From contig JBDUCM010000009.1 in NCBI GenBank assembly GCA_040003455.1, positions 939 through 64,938 on the forward strand: a stretch of 64,000 nucleotides of DNA, in the 5' to 3' direction. Shown piece after piece: positions 44,665 through 55,222 of this stretch (position 1 is its first letter; every line of letters starts with the position of its first letter). The notes beneath the pieces are model-generated. The model saw only the letters and a list, made by a program, of their open reading frames with translations. It was not told the origin of the DNA and ran no database searches. Both the position numbers and the translations under genes were made by a program. The stretch comes from a bacterium (lineage in GTDB: Bacteria; Gemmatimonadota; Gemmatimonadetes; Gemmatimonadales; Gemmatimonadaceae).

Positions 44665-47199
44665 ATGCAATTCAGCTCTCAGTCGCTTCGCAGCAAGCTA
44701 CTCATCGTCCTTCTGGGCTCGGCCGTGGTGCCGCTGACAGTTGCGACGCTGCTCGCCGTCCGAAGCAGTCAGGCGGCCGTGGAACGCCAGGTTGGTGATG
44801 CACAGTCGGCATCCGCGCAGCAGCTCGCGCGCCTCGTCGATCGCATCATCTATGAACGCGTCCTCAACTTGCGCGCGGCCGGCGGCAGCGGCGAACTCGC
44901 CGGTGCGGCACTCGGCATGGGCGACTCGACGCAAACCACCGGCGTCCTTGCCGGAGTAAAGAGCAGCGCGCGCATTGCACGCGCCGTTCGCATGTACTCC
45001 CTTGCCGGCGCACAGGTCGGCGCGAGCAGTACGACAGACAAGGCCGACGGCGAATCCAATCCCGCATCGGCAACGTGGTTCCGCGGCGGCTTGTCCGCCA
45101 AGTCCACATACGTGGGACCCGTCATGAAGGACGCGTCGGGTCACTTCATTGTACGCCTGGCCGATGGCATCACCTCCGCGCGCGGTGACCGGCTCGGTGT
45201 GATCGTCATGGATCTCGACTGGGAAGCATTGACGGCTGAAGCCCTTGGACAAATCGAAAAGGGCGCCAAGGCATCCGGAATCAACTCGTTGCGCGTCGTC
45301 ATCGCGGACAGCACCGGCAGTGTCGTTGGCTCCACGGTCACGAGCGAGCTTCTGGCGCGTACGGTCAACACCGATGCGCTCAAGGACAAGCTGAAGACGC
45401 ATGCAAGCGGCGCGGCGGTGTCCGAATTCCTGAGCGGCGACAAGGCGCTCGTCGGATTCGCGCCGTTGGCAAGCAACCAGACCAGCGACACGCGCTACAC
45501 CGGCTTTCTCGGCGGTGCTGCTACCGTACTCGTGGCGGAAAGCGTGACGGAAGCGTTCTCCGCGGCCACACAGCTTCGCAATCAGTTGTTGGTGGTGTCG
45601 CTCATCGTTGCGGCAATCGTGGGTTGGTTTGCCGTCACGTATTCGCGTCGCATCGCCGATCCGCTCATTGCCGCGGCTGACGTGGCCGAGAAGCTGGCGC
45701 TTGGCGACACGCGAGTGGAACTCCGCGGTGCCACCGGCGCCGACGAAGCGGGACGCTTGAATCGCGCCCTTGGCGGTTTGCTCTCCTATATGCAGGAACT
45801 GCGTGCGGCGGCCGACAAGGTTGCCGCCGGCGACATGAACATCGCGCTGACGCCAAAGAGCGAGCACGACGCGCTGTCAGAGGCGTTCTGCACCGTGGCT
45901 CGCGTCAACGCTGCCTTGCTTGCGGAACTCGGCCGGATCACCCGCAGTGCCGCGGACGGTCACCTGGCCGATCGCGCTGAAGCCTCGCGCTTCACGGGTG
46001 GCTATCGCGAACTGGTGGAGGGCGTGAACCACACGCTCGACGCCGTCATCGCTCCGGTCAACGAAGCATCAGATGTGCTGGACCGCCTGGCAGCGCGCGA
46101 CCTCCGCGCTCGGGTCACCGGCGAGTATCGCGGCGATCATGCCCGCATCAAGAACGCCTTGAACAAGGCGGCCGAGAATCTCGACACCGCGCTTGCCGAA
46201 GTGCACGCCACGTCCGAGCAGGTAACGGGCGCGTCGCGACAGATCGGCGAAGGCAGCCAGTCCCTGGCCATGCGCGCCAGCGAACAGGCCGATGCGCTGG
46301 ACAAGATCTCGCACAGCGTCGAAGAGTTGAGCGGCATGACGCGTCGCAATGCCGACAATGCGCAGGAAGTCACCAATCTCACGCAGGCAGCACGCACCAG
46401 TGCAGAACAGGGTGGCGAGAGCATGGCCCGGTTGTCCACGGCCATTGGCCGGATCAAGGCCTCGAGCGATGCCACGGCGAAGATCGTCAAGACCATCGAC
46501 GAGATCGCGTTCCAGACGAACCTGCTGGCCCTGAACGCTGCGGTGGAAGCCGCGCGTGCTGGCGATGCAGGCAAGGGCTTCGCGGTGGTTGCTGACGAAG
46601 TGCGCAACCTCGCGATGCGCAGCGCCGAAGCCGCAAAGAGCACGTCTGCCCTGATCGAGGAGGCCGTGCAGAACGCCGATGGCGGCGTCTCGATCAACAA
46701 GGAAGTGCTCGTGCAACTGTCGGACATCACCGCCCGCGTCACTCAGGTTGGCGACGTGATGCGCGAGATCGCCTCGGCGAGCGCCCAGCAGCTCAAGGGG
46801 ACCGAGGAAATCAGTGCCTCGGTGAAGCAGATGAATTCAGTGACGCAGGAAGTTGCAGCACGCTCCGAGGAATCCGCGAGCGCCGCCGAAGAACTGGGCG
46901 GACAGGCGGAAGGCCTGCGTGAGATGGTCAGCAACTTCGAGCTCACCAGCAAGAAGGCGTCAAAGCCGACCCAGTCGGCCAACACCTCGCGTCGGAACGG
47001 AGCGGGAAGTCATCGTGCCGAAAGCGCGATCCCGTTCGGCAACGCGCGTCGCAGCAGCAATGGAAATGGAAATGGAAACGGCAATGGCAACGGCAACAGC
47101 CACTCGAACGGGAATGGCAACGGGAATGGCAACGGGAATGGCAACGGAAACGGCCACAACCGGGTGAGCGGAAAGATCTCCGTTCTGGATCAGTTCTGA
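44665..47199 (+). CDS. Methyl-accepting chemotaxis protein (periplasmic sensor, HAMP, MA domain) with a C-terminal Asn-Gly repeat tail
   Basis: ATG at 44665. TM1 is [21 protein letters not shown] and TM2 is [17 protein letters not shown], followed by HAMP-like segments. The highly conserved MCP hairpin is [40 protein letters not shown]. Confidence 0.9.
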   Translation: MQFSSQSLRSKLLIVLLGSAVVPLTVATLLAVRSSQAAVERQVGDAQSASAQQLARLVDRIIYERVLNLRAAGGSGELAGAALGMGDSTQTTGVLAGVKSSARIARAVRMYSLAGAQVGASSTTDKADGESNPASATWFRGGLSAKSTYVGPVMKDASGHFIVRLADGITSARGDRLGVIVMDLDWEALTAEALGQIEKGAKASGINSLRVVIADSTGSVVGSTVTSELLARTVNTDALKDKLKTHASGAAVSEFLSGDKALVGFAPLASNQTSDTRYTGFLGGAATVLVAESVTEAFSAATQLRNQLLVVSLIVAAIVGWFAVTYSRRIADPLIAAADVAEKLALGDTRVELRGATGADEAGRLNRALGGLLSYMQELRAAADKVAAGDMNIALTPKSEHDALSEAFCTVARVNAALLAELGRITRSAADGHLADRAEASRFTGGYRELVEGVNHTLDAVIAPVNEASDVLDRLAARDLRARVTGEYRGDHARIKNALNKAAENLDTALAEVHATSEQVTGASRQIGEGSQSLAMRASEQADALDKISHSVEELSGMTRRNADNAQEVTNLTQAARTSAEQGGESMARLSTAIGRIKASSDATAKIVKTIDEIAFQTNLLALNAAVEAARAGDAGKGFAVVADEVRNLAMRSAEAAKSTSALIEEAVQNADGGVSINKEVLVQLSDITARVTQVGDVMREIASASAQQLKGTEEISASVKQMNSVTQEVAARSEESASAAEELGGQAEGLREMVSNFELTSKKASKPTQSANTSRRNGAGSHRAESAIPFGNARRSSNGNGNGNGNGNGNSHSNGNGNGNGNGNGNGNGHNRVSGKISVLDQF
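47059..47154 (+). repeat. In-frame hexanucleotide (AAY-GGN) microsatellite encoding (NG)6N-SHS-(NG)8
   Basis: Read directly. It includes three perfect copies of AACGGGAATGGC (47107-47142) and lies inside the 3' end of the MCP gene. Confidence 0.9.
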
Positions 47200-47270
47200 T
47201 GTGGGGCACGCCGCGCTGACGGGGGTCGGCGCGAGCGTGGGGGTGCACGTCCCAAGTGAGGGGCGAAAGC

Positions 47271-47301
47271 GGGCGGCTGACTTCGGTCAGTCGCCCGTTT
47301 T
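47271..47301. terminator. Terminator hairpin with UUCG tetraloop between convergent genes
   Basis: GGGCGGCTGAC-TTCG-GTCAGTCGCCC has an 11-bp stem with one G-U pair, followed by GTTTT. It overlaps the stop of the minus-strand gene at 47287. Confidence 0.6.
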
Positions 47302-47862
47302 CGCGTGCGGTGCCGGCAGATCGGGGTCGAGCGGATCCGCATCAACATCACGCGCCATCCCGCTCCGCCGCACGAAGATGATGGCGGCCGCGAGCACCAG
47401 GGCCCACACACAGATGGAGAGTTCGCTCTGGACCAGCGCGCGGAATGACATGCTCGGCCAGTCGTGAAAGTCGGCGCGTGCCGTACCTTCCGGCTCCCGA
47501 CGGAGCGCGATGAGCAGCAGGCTCGTCGTCATCTCCCCCACGACCTCCACCAGGGCAAAGAGGGGAGCCCGCCAGCTCCACGCCCGTACGGGAAAATTCG
47601 CGAGATGGGCCGTGGTCATGCCGATGAGCAACAGCGTACCGAATACGAACGCGATGCCGTAGTAGAGCCAGCTCGTCCCGCCCAGTGTGAACGTGAGCGC
47701 GCGCGTGAGGCGCAGCACCACACCGGTGATCAGCGCCATCTCGAGCAGCGACAGCGAGAGTCGCCGAAACGCGGGAGGCTCCTCCACGCGCCACTCGATC
47801 GTTTGCCGCGGAAAGAAGGAGGGCATCGGACTCAAGGTCGCACGGGTGAATGGCGCCGGCAA
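47287..47862 (-). CDS. Hypothetical membrane protein (about 4 TM)
   Basis: 191 aa ORF with several hydrophobic helices, located downstream of the hybrid kinase on the same strand. No recognisable motif. Confidence 0.45.
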   Translation of the reverse strand: MPAPFTRATLSPMPSFFPRQTIEWRVEEPPAFRRLSLSLLEMALITGVVLRLTRALTFTLGGTSWLYYGIAFVFGTLLLIGMTTAHLANFPVRAWSWRAPLFALVEVVGEMTTSLLLIALRREPEGTARADFHDWPSMSFRALVQSELSICVWALVLAAAIIFVRRSGMARDVDADPLDPDLPAPHAKTGD

Positions 47863-47913
47863 GGCAATGCGAGCGGCCGCCCCGTCGCGGCGGCCTCCCT
47901 TGACCTTCGACAG

Positions 47914-50454
47914 CTAGACGAAGCGAAGCGTTGCGTCGCCCGATATTCGGGCCGGCCGATCCGATGGTACGTAGGGCGAACCGCGCATCACAGCGATCAG
48001 CGCTTCCTCGATCCTGTCGAAGGCAAACGGTTTCGTGAGCATTGGCTGCCGCGAAACGCTGCCACGAGAGGCAGTCGTCACCACGTCGCCCGTCACGAAG
48101 ACCGTTCGCGCGGCGAGCCCCGGCCGCTCCACGCGCAACCGCTCGTGAAATGCGTAACCGTCCATGCCCGGCATCCGCAGGTCGCACACAACGGCATCCA
48201 CGCCGCCGGAGAGGGCCGCCTCGAGTGCCGCGACTCCGTCGGCGGCGACGGTGACCGCAAAGCCCCGCATGGCGCCGAAGGCCTCCATTCCGCTGCGCAA
48301 CGCGGGCTCGTCGTCCACGAACAGCAGGCGAATACCGGCAAGCGGCGACCGGAGCGTGAATGGCGTCGTGTCACGCTTGCCGTCAGCGTCCGTGGCCGGC
48401 GATGACACGGACGGCAATGTCACGCGAAAGGTGGTTCCGCCGGCTCCTGTGTCGGTCACCTCGATGGTCCCGCCGTGCGCCGTCACGATGCCGTAGCTGA
48501 CGCTCAGGCCCAGACCAGTCCCTTCACCCTCCTTCTTGGTGGTGAAGAACGGCTCGAAGATGTGGGCGCGCACACTGGTGGGAATGCCCTGTCCGGAATC
48601 GCAAACCTCCAGGCGCACGGCTCCATCCACGCAATAGCTCCGCACCTTCAGGACTCCGCCGCCAAGCGGAATCATGGCCTGCACGGAGTTGGTAAGCAGG
48701 TTGATGCACACTTGCTGGAGCTGCCGACCGTCGCCCATCACAGCCGGAAGATCCTCGGCGAGCTCCGTCTCCACACGGACGGACGCTTCGCTGAACTGGT
48801 ACTGGCGCATCCGCACCGTGCGGGCAACGACGGCATTGAGATCCAGCGGCGACTGCTGCGTCTCGCTTCGCCGCGCGAAGGCAAGCAAATCCTTCACCAC
48901 CTGGCTGGCCCGTGTGGTCTCTCCACGGATGACGTCGATGGACTCACGCTGCGAAGGCGACAGGGAAGGATCGCGCAAGAGCAATTGCGCAAAGGCGCTG
49001 ATGCTGCTGAGCGGATTGTTGACCTCGTGCGCCACACCGGCAACCAGTTCGCCAACCGCGGCAAGACGATCGGATTCCATCAGTCGCACGCGCAGCTCAC
49101 GTTCGTGCGTCATGTCGCGGCCGATGAGAAGAACGCTCGGTGGATCCGCCTCCGGCAGGCGGCTCGCAGCAAGTGCAACCACCCTCGTGCTCCCGTTGGG
49201 AAGCTTGACCTGAACTTCCACGCGGGCCGGCATGCCGTCGAATGCGGCGCTGATGCTCGCGTCGAGCGCCACACGGTCGCCGTCAACGAGCAGTTCGGCC
49301 AGCGTACGGCCAATGATCTGCTGCGGATCCAGCCCGAACACTTGCTGCACGGCATCATTGGCCTCACGGATGCGACCGGTGGCATGCAACACCGTGAGCA
49401 CAGCATCCGGTGCGGCCCGGAACAGTGTGCGAAAGCGCCACTCCGCCTGTTTCATGGTCTGGAACAACTCCGCATTGGCCAGTGCGACCGAGAGGAGGTC
49501 AGCCATGGCTTCGACGCGCTCGAGCTCCAGCGGCGTGAACGCGCGAACGTCGTTGCAGACGATGGTCACCGCACCAATGCGCTCACCGCGACGCTGTACC
49601 GGGACGATGGCCATACCGCGCACCGGCTCGGCGACGCTCTCGTACCAGTCGGCGTGGACCTGCTCGGGATGCTTTCGGACGTCGGCTACGCACCATGTTC
49701 CGCCCGACCGGATGATTCGGCCCATGGCCATGCCCGCCACAGGCAGTTTCTCGCCCGTCACCCGCGCGAGAGATCCGCTCGCAGCCGCGATGTCGATGAG
49801 GTTGTCATCCGTGATGAGGCCGAGCGCCGCACCATCGGCCTGCGCCACATCGGCCGCTGCCTCGAGAAAGCGATCGAGCACGCGGCGCGGATCCAGCTCG
49901 AGCGTGATCTGTTGGCCCAGCCACCACATCCGGTGCAGGACGCGCTGGGCGTCGTCGAGCTCGAGTGTCCGTTGTACAACGCGCCGTTCGAGCGTGAGCT
50001 TGATCTCCTGCTCCGCTGTCATCCGGTGCTGAAGGTCCGCCGCTGCCACACGCTCGGCCGACGATGCGAAGGTGCCATAGAGCGCCAGCATGACGTTCAG
50101 TGTCGCCACGACCACAGCCACTTCGAGACTGCTCGCGTCCTGGAGCATCTGTAGCGGACCTGACGGCGTAGTCGTCGACACCCACAACAACCACATCTCG
50201 CTCGCGCTGATACATACGGCGATCAACGCGAGCGCGCCGAATACAACCCGGATGATGCCTCGCGCACCCAGGGCGATGGCAACGGCCGCCACCCCGAACG
50301 AAACGCAGGCGAGCATCAACGCCGCACCGAGCATCGGCGACCCGGCCTGCCAGGGGCGGAACAGCAACACGCTGAACAGGACCACCGAGGTGAGGTGGGA
50401 GACGGCGATCAGCCGCGACGTGCGAGGCGCGCGAACCGGTGACATCACCGTCAT
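47914..50454 (-). CDS. Hybrid sensor histidine kinase (multi-TM, GAF, PAS, HisKA, HATPase_c, REC)
   Basis: I chose the start at 50454 ([10 protein letters not shown]...), 20 nt after the lepB stop. The N-terminus has about 6 TM helices. H-box is [14 protein letters not shown]-boxes are DSGQGI and GTGLGLS, and the C-terminal receiver is [13 protein letters not shown]...[10 protein letters not shown]...TKPF. Confidence 0.85.
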   Translation of the reverse strand: MTVMSPVRAPRTSRLIAVSHLTSVVLFSVLLFRPWQAGSPMLGAALMLACVSFGVAAVAIALGARGIIRVVFGALALIAVCISASEMWLLWVSTTTPSGPLQMLQDASSLEVAVVVATLNVMLALYGTFASSAERVAAADLQHRMTAEQEIKLTLERRVVQRTLELDDAQRVLHRMWWLGQQITLELDPRRVLDRFLEAAADVAQADGAALGLITDDNLIDIAAASGSLARVTGEKLPVAGMAMGRIIRSGGTWCVADVRKHPEQVHADWYESVAEPVRGMAIVPVQRRGERIGAVTIVCNDVRAFTPLELERVEAMADLLSVALANAELFQTMKQAEWRFRTLFRAAPDAVLTVLHATGRIREANDAVQQVFGLDPQQIIGRTLAELLVDGDRVALDASISAAFDGMPARVEVQVKLPNGSTRVVALAASRLPEADPPSVLLIGRDMTHERELRVRLMESDRLAAVGELVAGVAHEVNNPLSSISAFAQLLLRDPSLSPSQRESIDVIRGETTRASQVVKDLLAFARRSETQQSPLDLNAVVARTVRMRQYQFSEASVRVETELAEDLPAVMGDGRQLQQVCINLLTNSVQAMIPLGGGVLKVRSYCVDGAVRLEVCDSGQGIPTSVRAHIFEPFFTTKKEGEGTGLGLSVSYGIVTAHGGTIEVTDTGAGGTTFRVTLPSVSSPATDADGKRDTTPFTLRSPLAGIRLLFVDDEPALRSGMEAFGAMRGFAVTVAADGVAALEAALSGGVDAVVCDLRMPGMDGYAFHERLRVERPGLAARTVFVTGDVVTTASRGSVSRQPMLTKPFAFDRIEEALIAVMRGSPYVPSDRPARISGDATLRFV

Positions 50455-50474
50455 GACCGGCTCACGCGGGTACC

Positions 50475-51266
50475 TCAGCGGATACGCGTGCCGATCCGGC
50501 CCCAGCGAATATCCGTGATGAACGACAACGGACGATCCGTCTCGTCGCCACTGCGATACGAGTAGTACACGAAAATGGGTCGTCCACGGACGTTCTCCCG
50601 TGGTACGATGCCCCAATACCGGCTGTCCTTCGACTCATATCGATTGTCGCCCATCATGAAATAGTGACCCGCGGGTATGGCGAGCGGGCCCCAATTGTCG
50701 AGCTGCGGCTGCGTCGGCGCAGGCCCGAACCGCGATTGCTTCAGTTCGATCTTGTGCTGCCAGTCGAAAAGCTCGGAGACGTCCGTCGGCTGGCCTGAGC
50801 CAGGACGTGGCGTGCTGACAATGCCGAACCCCTGCCGCTGTGCAACGCCATTCACGTAGAGCAATCCGGCGCGCATGTAGAGGGTGTCACCAGGCATGCC
50901 CACCATTCTCTTGACGAGCGTAGGGGTGGGATCGTCATTGCGAGCCGCCTCGTCGGCCTGGTACGGAGAGACGAACACAATGACTTCACCACGCTTCGGC
51001 TCGCTGAACGACGGCAGGTGCGAGTTGGTGAACGGGATGTGCGGGCCGTAGACGGCCTTGTTCACGAACAGCCAGTCGCCGATGAGCAGCGTAGGAATCA
51101 TCGACCCCGAAGGGATGCGGTAGGCCGCCACGAGAAACGTGTTGAGGACGAGATAGATCAGGATCGCGCCAGCGAGAGACTTGATCTGCTCCCAGAGAGC
51201 GCGGAGGCGCGAGCCTGTGGCGGGTTTTTTCCCGCCACGGGCGTTCGCGACGACGTTTGCGGCCAT
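50475..51266 (-). CDS. lepB: Signal peptidase I
   Basis: 263 aa. IPSGSMIPTLLIGDWLFVNK carries the catalytic Ser box, and GDNRYESKDSRYWG is box E. Confidence 0.9.
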   Translation of the reverse strand: MAANVVANARGGKKPATGSRLRALWEQIKSLAGAILIYLVLNTFLVAAYRIPSGSMIPTLLIGDWLFVNKAVYGPHIPFTNSHLPSFSEPKRGEVIVFVSPYQADEAARNDDPTPTLVKRMVGMPGDTLYMRAGLLYVNGVAQRQGFGIVSTPRPGSGQPTDVSELFDWQHKIELKQSRFGPAPTQPQLDNWGPLAIPAGHYFMMGDNRYESKDSRYWGIVPRENVRGRPIFVYYSYRSGDETDRPLSFITDIRWGRIGTRIR

Positions 51267-51357
51267 GGACGACGGTCGAGGAAGAGGGTGAAGGACTGCC
51301 TGTAATTCTCTCTACGTACCGAGCGCGGGCAAGGGTTCACTCCGGGCACGATGCGCC

Positions 51358-51391
51358 GAGGGGGCGTGCCGACGAATCGGCACGCCCCCTC
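51358..51391 (-). terminator. Perfect 14-bp GC-rich hairpin downstream of the SWIB gene
   Basis: GAGGGGGCGTGCCG-ACGAAT-CGGCACGCCCCCTC, 20 nt past the stop codon on the minus strand. No U-tract. Confidence 0.5.
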
Positions 51392-51410
51392 GCTTGCAGC
51401 AGGATCGCGA

Positions 51411-51800
51411 CTACTTGAGGTGCTTGTTGACGAGCTTCGTCATCTCGAACATGGAGACCTGCGCCTTGCCACCGAACACCGGCTTCAGTGCATCGTCGGC
51501 GTTGATCTGGCGACGGTTCTTGGCATCCTGAAGGCCCTTCTTCTTGATGTATCCCCACAGCTTCTTCGTCACTTCCGTACGCGGAAGCGGCGCGGCACCG
51601 ACGACCGCCGCCAACTGCGCGCTGGGCGTCATTGCCTTCATGAACGCGGCGTTGGGCGTGCGCTTCGCAGCCTTTTTCGCCGGAGCCTTCTTCGCAGCCT
51701 TCTTCGCTGGGCTCTTCTTAGCCGCGCTCTTCTTCGCGGGGGCCTTCTTCGCGGGGGCCTTTTTCGCAGCGCCCTTCTTCGCCGTCTTCTTAGCGGCCAT
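51411..51800 (-). CDS. SWIB/MDM2-domain protein with an N-terminal Lys/Ala-rich histone-H1-like tail
   Basis: ATG at 51800 gives MAAKKTAKKGAAKKAPAKKAPAKKSAAKKSPAKKAAKKAPAKKAAKR. This is followed by PSAQLAAVVGAAPLPRTEVTKKLWGYIKKKGLQD......I..D..L..VFG......MFEM.KLV.KHL, the SWIB domain pattern. Confidence 0.8.
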   Translation of the reverse strand: MAAKKTAKKGAAKKAPAKKAPAKKSAAKKSPAKKAAKKAPAKKAAKRTPNAAFMKAMTPSAQLAAVVGAAPLPRTEVTKKLWGYIKKKGLQDAKNRRQINADDALKPVFGGKAQVSMFEMTKLVNKHLK

Positions 51801-51944
51801 GCTGGTCTCCTGGAATGATGAACAGTTTCTCGCTATGAGCGAAACGCTGTACGACGGGGCGCAAGATACAATGCTCGATGGGGTGCGCAATAGGGAAAGT
51901 GCGTTTTTCCCCTATGAAAACAGGAAATTCCCCCATGACGCGCA

Positions 51945-53561
51945 TCAGTTCGATGCGAATGTGCGGGCAATCCACTCCGCCACGACACCGAGAAAGTCGC
52001 GTCGCACACGGTACGACGGGAGCGACGCGTAGCCCCGAGAATCGCCCGATGCATCCTCGAGCATGAGATGATTCATCCTCGGAAATGTGCGCACGGTCAC
52101 CTTCCCGTTGCCTCCGTCACGCATCGCCTTCGCGAGCGTCGCCGCCTGATCCGGCGTGACCTGCGTGTCGGTTTCTCCCTGGAGAATCAGCGTCGGTACC
52201 GTCACGCGCCGAGCCGCTGGAAGGGGATCGTAGTTCGCCCAGAACTGGAGCCACCCCGGCGACGCGAACGCCGTTTCCACCGCGCGCTCCGAGACGGCGA
52301 ACGCAGAATCGCGCGCCGCGGGAGCGATACTGGGGTCATGATCGATGGCATAGTGACGCTGGAACGCCGAGATGTCACGACCCGATTGTGCCGGTGCACC
52401 GATGATCACCAGCGCATGCACCATCGGGTCCGTGCTCGCGATCATCGGCGCGATCATGCCGCCCTCGCTGTGACCGATCAGCCCCAGTCGCTCGGGAGCC
52501 ACGTCCGCTCGATGGCGCAGCCAGTCGAGCCCCGCCCTGATGTCGTCAGCGAAATCGGCGGACGTGGCCTGCGGAGAACCTGCATCCGAACCGCCAACGC
52601 CTCGATCGTCCAGGCGAAGCACCGCCACGCCCCTGCGCGACAGCGTGTCGGCAATCTCGCGGAACGGCCGATAGCTCGCGTTCAGGAACGCGCTTGCCTC
52701 GTCACGATCCTCCGGCCCCGACCCGGTGATCAGCACCACTGCGGGCACACGTGATCCGGCAGCGTGCTTCGGCATGGTGAACGTGCCCGCGAGCGCGAGG
52801 CCCGCCCGCGTGCGAATCGTCACTTGCTCGGCGGTGTATGGAGCGCCCGCCGGGGCGTCATAGTTCACTGGCGCAGCATTCGCTCCGCCCGGCAGCCAAC
52901 CACCCACGGGTGAATCACCCGGAAGCCGTTCGAATACCACGTTCTGCGTGGGAACGACCCCGCCAAGCATGCGACCGATCGCATCCGTGCGAAGACGCAC
53001 GTCCACGCCACCAGCGGTGAACACCGCCGAGTCGGTCCCGATCTTCACCACCCGCGCATCGATCGTCTGGCCGGTGGGAACGAGCAACGGAACCACGACC
53101 GTGTCGCGCTGGGACGCACGCGCCCGCCGCAGCACGAACTCGATCGAAACCGAGGAGAGGTTCACGAAGTGAACCGCTCCCCGTGGCACCGCAATGCGCG
53201 ACGTCTGTCCACCCGCGGACGGAGCCGTGCGCATCCGAAGCACGCCGCTGTCGCCGGTGACGGTGAGATCCACCAGCGCGACGACACTGTCCGCCCGAGC
53301 CCCCACACGCTGCGTCAGCGTCACGCTCTGGAGCGTGCCGTCAGCGGCCAGCGTGAACGACCGCTCCACTCGCATGAGTGGCGTACGAAGCAACTGGGAC
53401 GACTCTGCATGACCAGGCGAAAAGCTGGCCTTCTCCACGGACAACGTGTCGCGCCCGAGGCGCACGAGAAACACCGCCTGTTCCGGCGCTTGCGCCTGGA
53501 GCGCGGTCGCAAGACCAACGACGCCAGCGCTGGCGGCCAGCGTGTGCCGAATGAATGTCAT
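51945..53561 (-). CDS. Secreted alpha/beta hydrolase (S9/dienelactone-hydrolase-like) with an N-terminal beta-rich domain
   Basis: ATG at 53561 with a signal peptide (...LATALQAQA). The nucleophile elbow is LIGHSEGG, and the C-terminal part has GETDTQV....H. Confidence 0.7.
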   Translation of the reverse strand: MTFIRHTLAASAGVVGLATALQAQAPEQAVFLVRLGRDTLSVEKASFSPGHAESSQLLRTPLMRVERSFTLAADGTLQSVTLTQRVGARADSVVALVDLTVTGDSGVLRMRTAPSAGGQTSRIAVPRGAVHFVNLSSVSIEFVLRRARASQRDTVVVPLLVPTGQTIDARVVKIGTDSAVFTAGGVDVRLRTDAIGRMLGGVVPTQNVVFERLPGDSPVGGWLPGGANAAPVNYDAPAGAPYTAEQVTIRTRAGLALAGTFTMPKHAAGSRVPAVVLITGSGPEDRDEASAFLNASYRPFREIADTLSRRGVAVLRLDDRGVGGSDAGSPQATSADFADDIRAGLDWLRHRADVAPERLGLIGHSEGGMIAPMIASTDPMVHALVIIGAPAQSGRDISAFQRHYAIDHDPSIAPAARDSAFAVSERAVETAFASPGWLQFWANYDPLPAARRVTVPTLILQGETDTQVTPDQAATLAKAMRDGGNGKVTVRTFPRMNHLMLEDASGDSRGYASLPSYRVRRDFLGVVAEWIARTFASN

Positions 53562-53606
53562 GTCGCTCCTGTGGTGGACGCGAATGTACACGCCAACCCG
53601 GTCACG

Positions 53607-54500
53607 CTACCGCGAAAGGCGTCCGAGCAGCTCCATCATCTGCACATCGTACGGATCCGGCGTGTCATCCTCATCGCCGATCTCGAAATTGAGCTGAGGC
53701 GTTTCCAGAATGAGCGGCACCCCCTCGGTCCGGCCATCAGCGAGCAGCCACGCGAACGCGTCCTGCCCAATGGCCCCGTCGCCGATGAGCAGGTGCCGGT
53801 CCTTGTTGGAGCCGAGCGTGCCCTCGCTGTCGTTCAGATGGAAGAAGCCGGGCGCCTCACCGGTGGCCTCCTCGAACGCATCGAGAATGCCCGACACCGC
53901 CAGCCGCGATTCACGGAGATCATAGCCGCTGGCAAACAGGTGACAGGTATCGAGCCCGTAGCCGGCGCGCGAGCGCAGCTCCTTCGGAATGTGCCGGAGG
54001 ATGCTGCCCACTTCCTCCGGCGTGCGCCCCATCGTCGTGCCGGCACCAGCCGTATTTTCCACGAGCAGCCGCGTCTCGCCGCCGGGCACATGCTCGAACG
54101 CACGCACCATCGCCGTCGCAATGCGCTCCGCTGCCGCCTCCCGATCGCCGTCGCCCGCCGCGCCGGGATGGAAGCACACCGCGCCAACCCCCAGTGCCGT
54201 GGATCGCTCGAGCTCCTTCGCCAGCCCATCGCGGGCGCGACCCCACTTCTCCTCGTCCGACGTTGCCGTATTCAGCACGTACGCCGCATGCACCACCACG
54301 TGTTCGAGCGCAATCTGCGTCCCCGCGATGGCCTCCCGGAACCGCGCCACACGATCGGGCTTGATGGAGATCTTGTCGCCATAGTACTTGGGAATGGCCG
54401 TGAACAACTGCATGGCGCGCATGCCACTGGTGCCCGCGCGCCGCACGGCCATGTGGATGCCGCCATTGTTGATCGTATGCGCGCCGAAAAAATGCTCCAC
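53607..54500 (-). CDS. nfo: Deoxyribonuclease IV (endonuclease IV, AP endonuclease family 2)
   Basis: FFGAHTINNGG......A...G..AMQLF...P, VVHAAYVLN, VCFHPG, LVENTAG and LDTCHLFASGY are metal-ligand motifs typical of Nfo. The start is uncertain: GTG at 54500 was chosen, while the track ORF extends to 54575 and would overlap the upstream gene. Confidence 0.8.
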   Translation of the reverse strand: MEHFFGAHTINNGGIHMAVRRAGTSGMRAMQLFTAIPKYYGDKISIKPDRVARFREAIAGTQIALEHVVVHAAYVLNTATSDEEKWGRARDGLAKELERSTALGVGAVCFHPGAAGDGDREAAAERIATAMVRAFEHVPGGETRLLVENTAGAGTTMGRTPEEVGSILRHIPKELRSRAGYGLDTCHLFASGYDLRESRLAVSGILDAFEEATGEAPGFFHLNDSEGTLGSNKDRHLLIGDGAIGQDAFAWLLADGRTEGVPLILETPQLNFEIGDEDDTPDPYDVQMMELLGRLSR

Positions 54501-54522
54501 GCCTTCTGCTCCGGAGTAAGGG

Positions 54523-55206
54523 CTACTCGGGGCGTCCGCTGCGCGATGAGAGATCGAGCATGAGCGACCCGGCAAGATATTCGACCGACTGTGGATTCTT
54601 CAGCTTGGCCAGCCGGCGTACCACCTGGGCAATCCGCGCGGCCTGCTCCTGGATGATGCGCAACTGCTCCTGATGATCCTCGCCCAGCGAACGATCCATC
54701 ATGAGCAACTCGGCGTGGCCGAGGAGCGCGGAAAGCGGGTTGTTGATCTCGTGTTCGAGCGCGATGGTTGTTTCACCAATGCCGGCCAGCCAACGCGAGC
54801 GCGCCAACTCCGCCTCGGCCGTGCGGCGCGCCGTGTCCTGGGCAATGCGACGGTTCGCGATCTCCAGGCGGGCACGCAGGTTTTCCGGTGAGCTCGGCTT
54901 GGTGACGTAGTCGTCAGCGCCGGCTTCGAGCACGTTGGCGAGGTCGTCCCGACCGTCGCGCGCGGTGACGATCAACACAAACGCTTCGCGGCCAGCCTCG
55001 TGCGCGCGAATGCGGCGGCACACTTCCAGGCCGTCGATACCCGGCATGTTGATGTCGAGGACCACCAATGGCGCCGGCTCGTTCTGGAACAAGCGCCACG
55101 CACTCTCGCCGTCTTCCGCCGACGTTACCTCGTGCCCGAGATCCTCGAGGACCGCGGAAAGCAGGGTACGGGCGATGACGTCATCGTCGGCGAAGAGAAC
55201 GCGCAT
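54523..55206 (-). CDS. Response-regulator receiver fused to a HisKA-like dimerisation/phosphoacceptor domain, no ATPase domain
   Basis: 227 aa. The REC has MRVLFADDDVIAR...VVLDINMPGIDG...IVTAR...YVTKP, followed by a coiled linker and the H-box ALEHEINNPLSALLGHAELL. The protein ends about 60 aa later with no N/G boxes. Confidence 0.75.
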   Translation of the reverse strand: MRVLFADDDVIARTLLSAVLEDLGHEVTSAEDGESAWRLFQNEPAPLVVLDINMPGIDGLEVCRRIRAHEAGREAFVLIVTARDGRDDLANVLEAGADDYVTKPSSPENLRARLEIANRRIAQDTARRTAEAELARSRWLAGIGETTIALEHEINNPLSALLGHAELLMMDRSLGEDHQEQLRIIQEQAARIAQVVRRLAKLKNPQSVEYLAGSLMLDLSSRSGRPE

Positions 55207-55222
55207 TGGGCCGCGGGGTGCG

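Noticed and set aside
50475-50616. Longer start (50616) for the hybrid kinase ORF overlapping the 3' end of lepB
   Set aside because: The extra 54 codons overlap lepB in another frame and are hydrophilic and Arg-rich. The ATG at 50454 directly precedes the first TM helix and leaves a 20-nt spacer after lepB.
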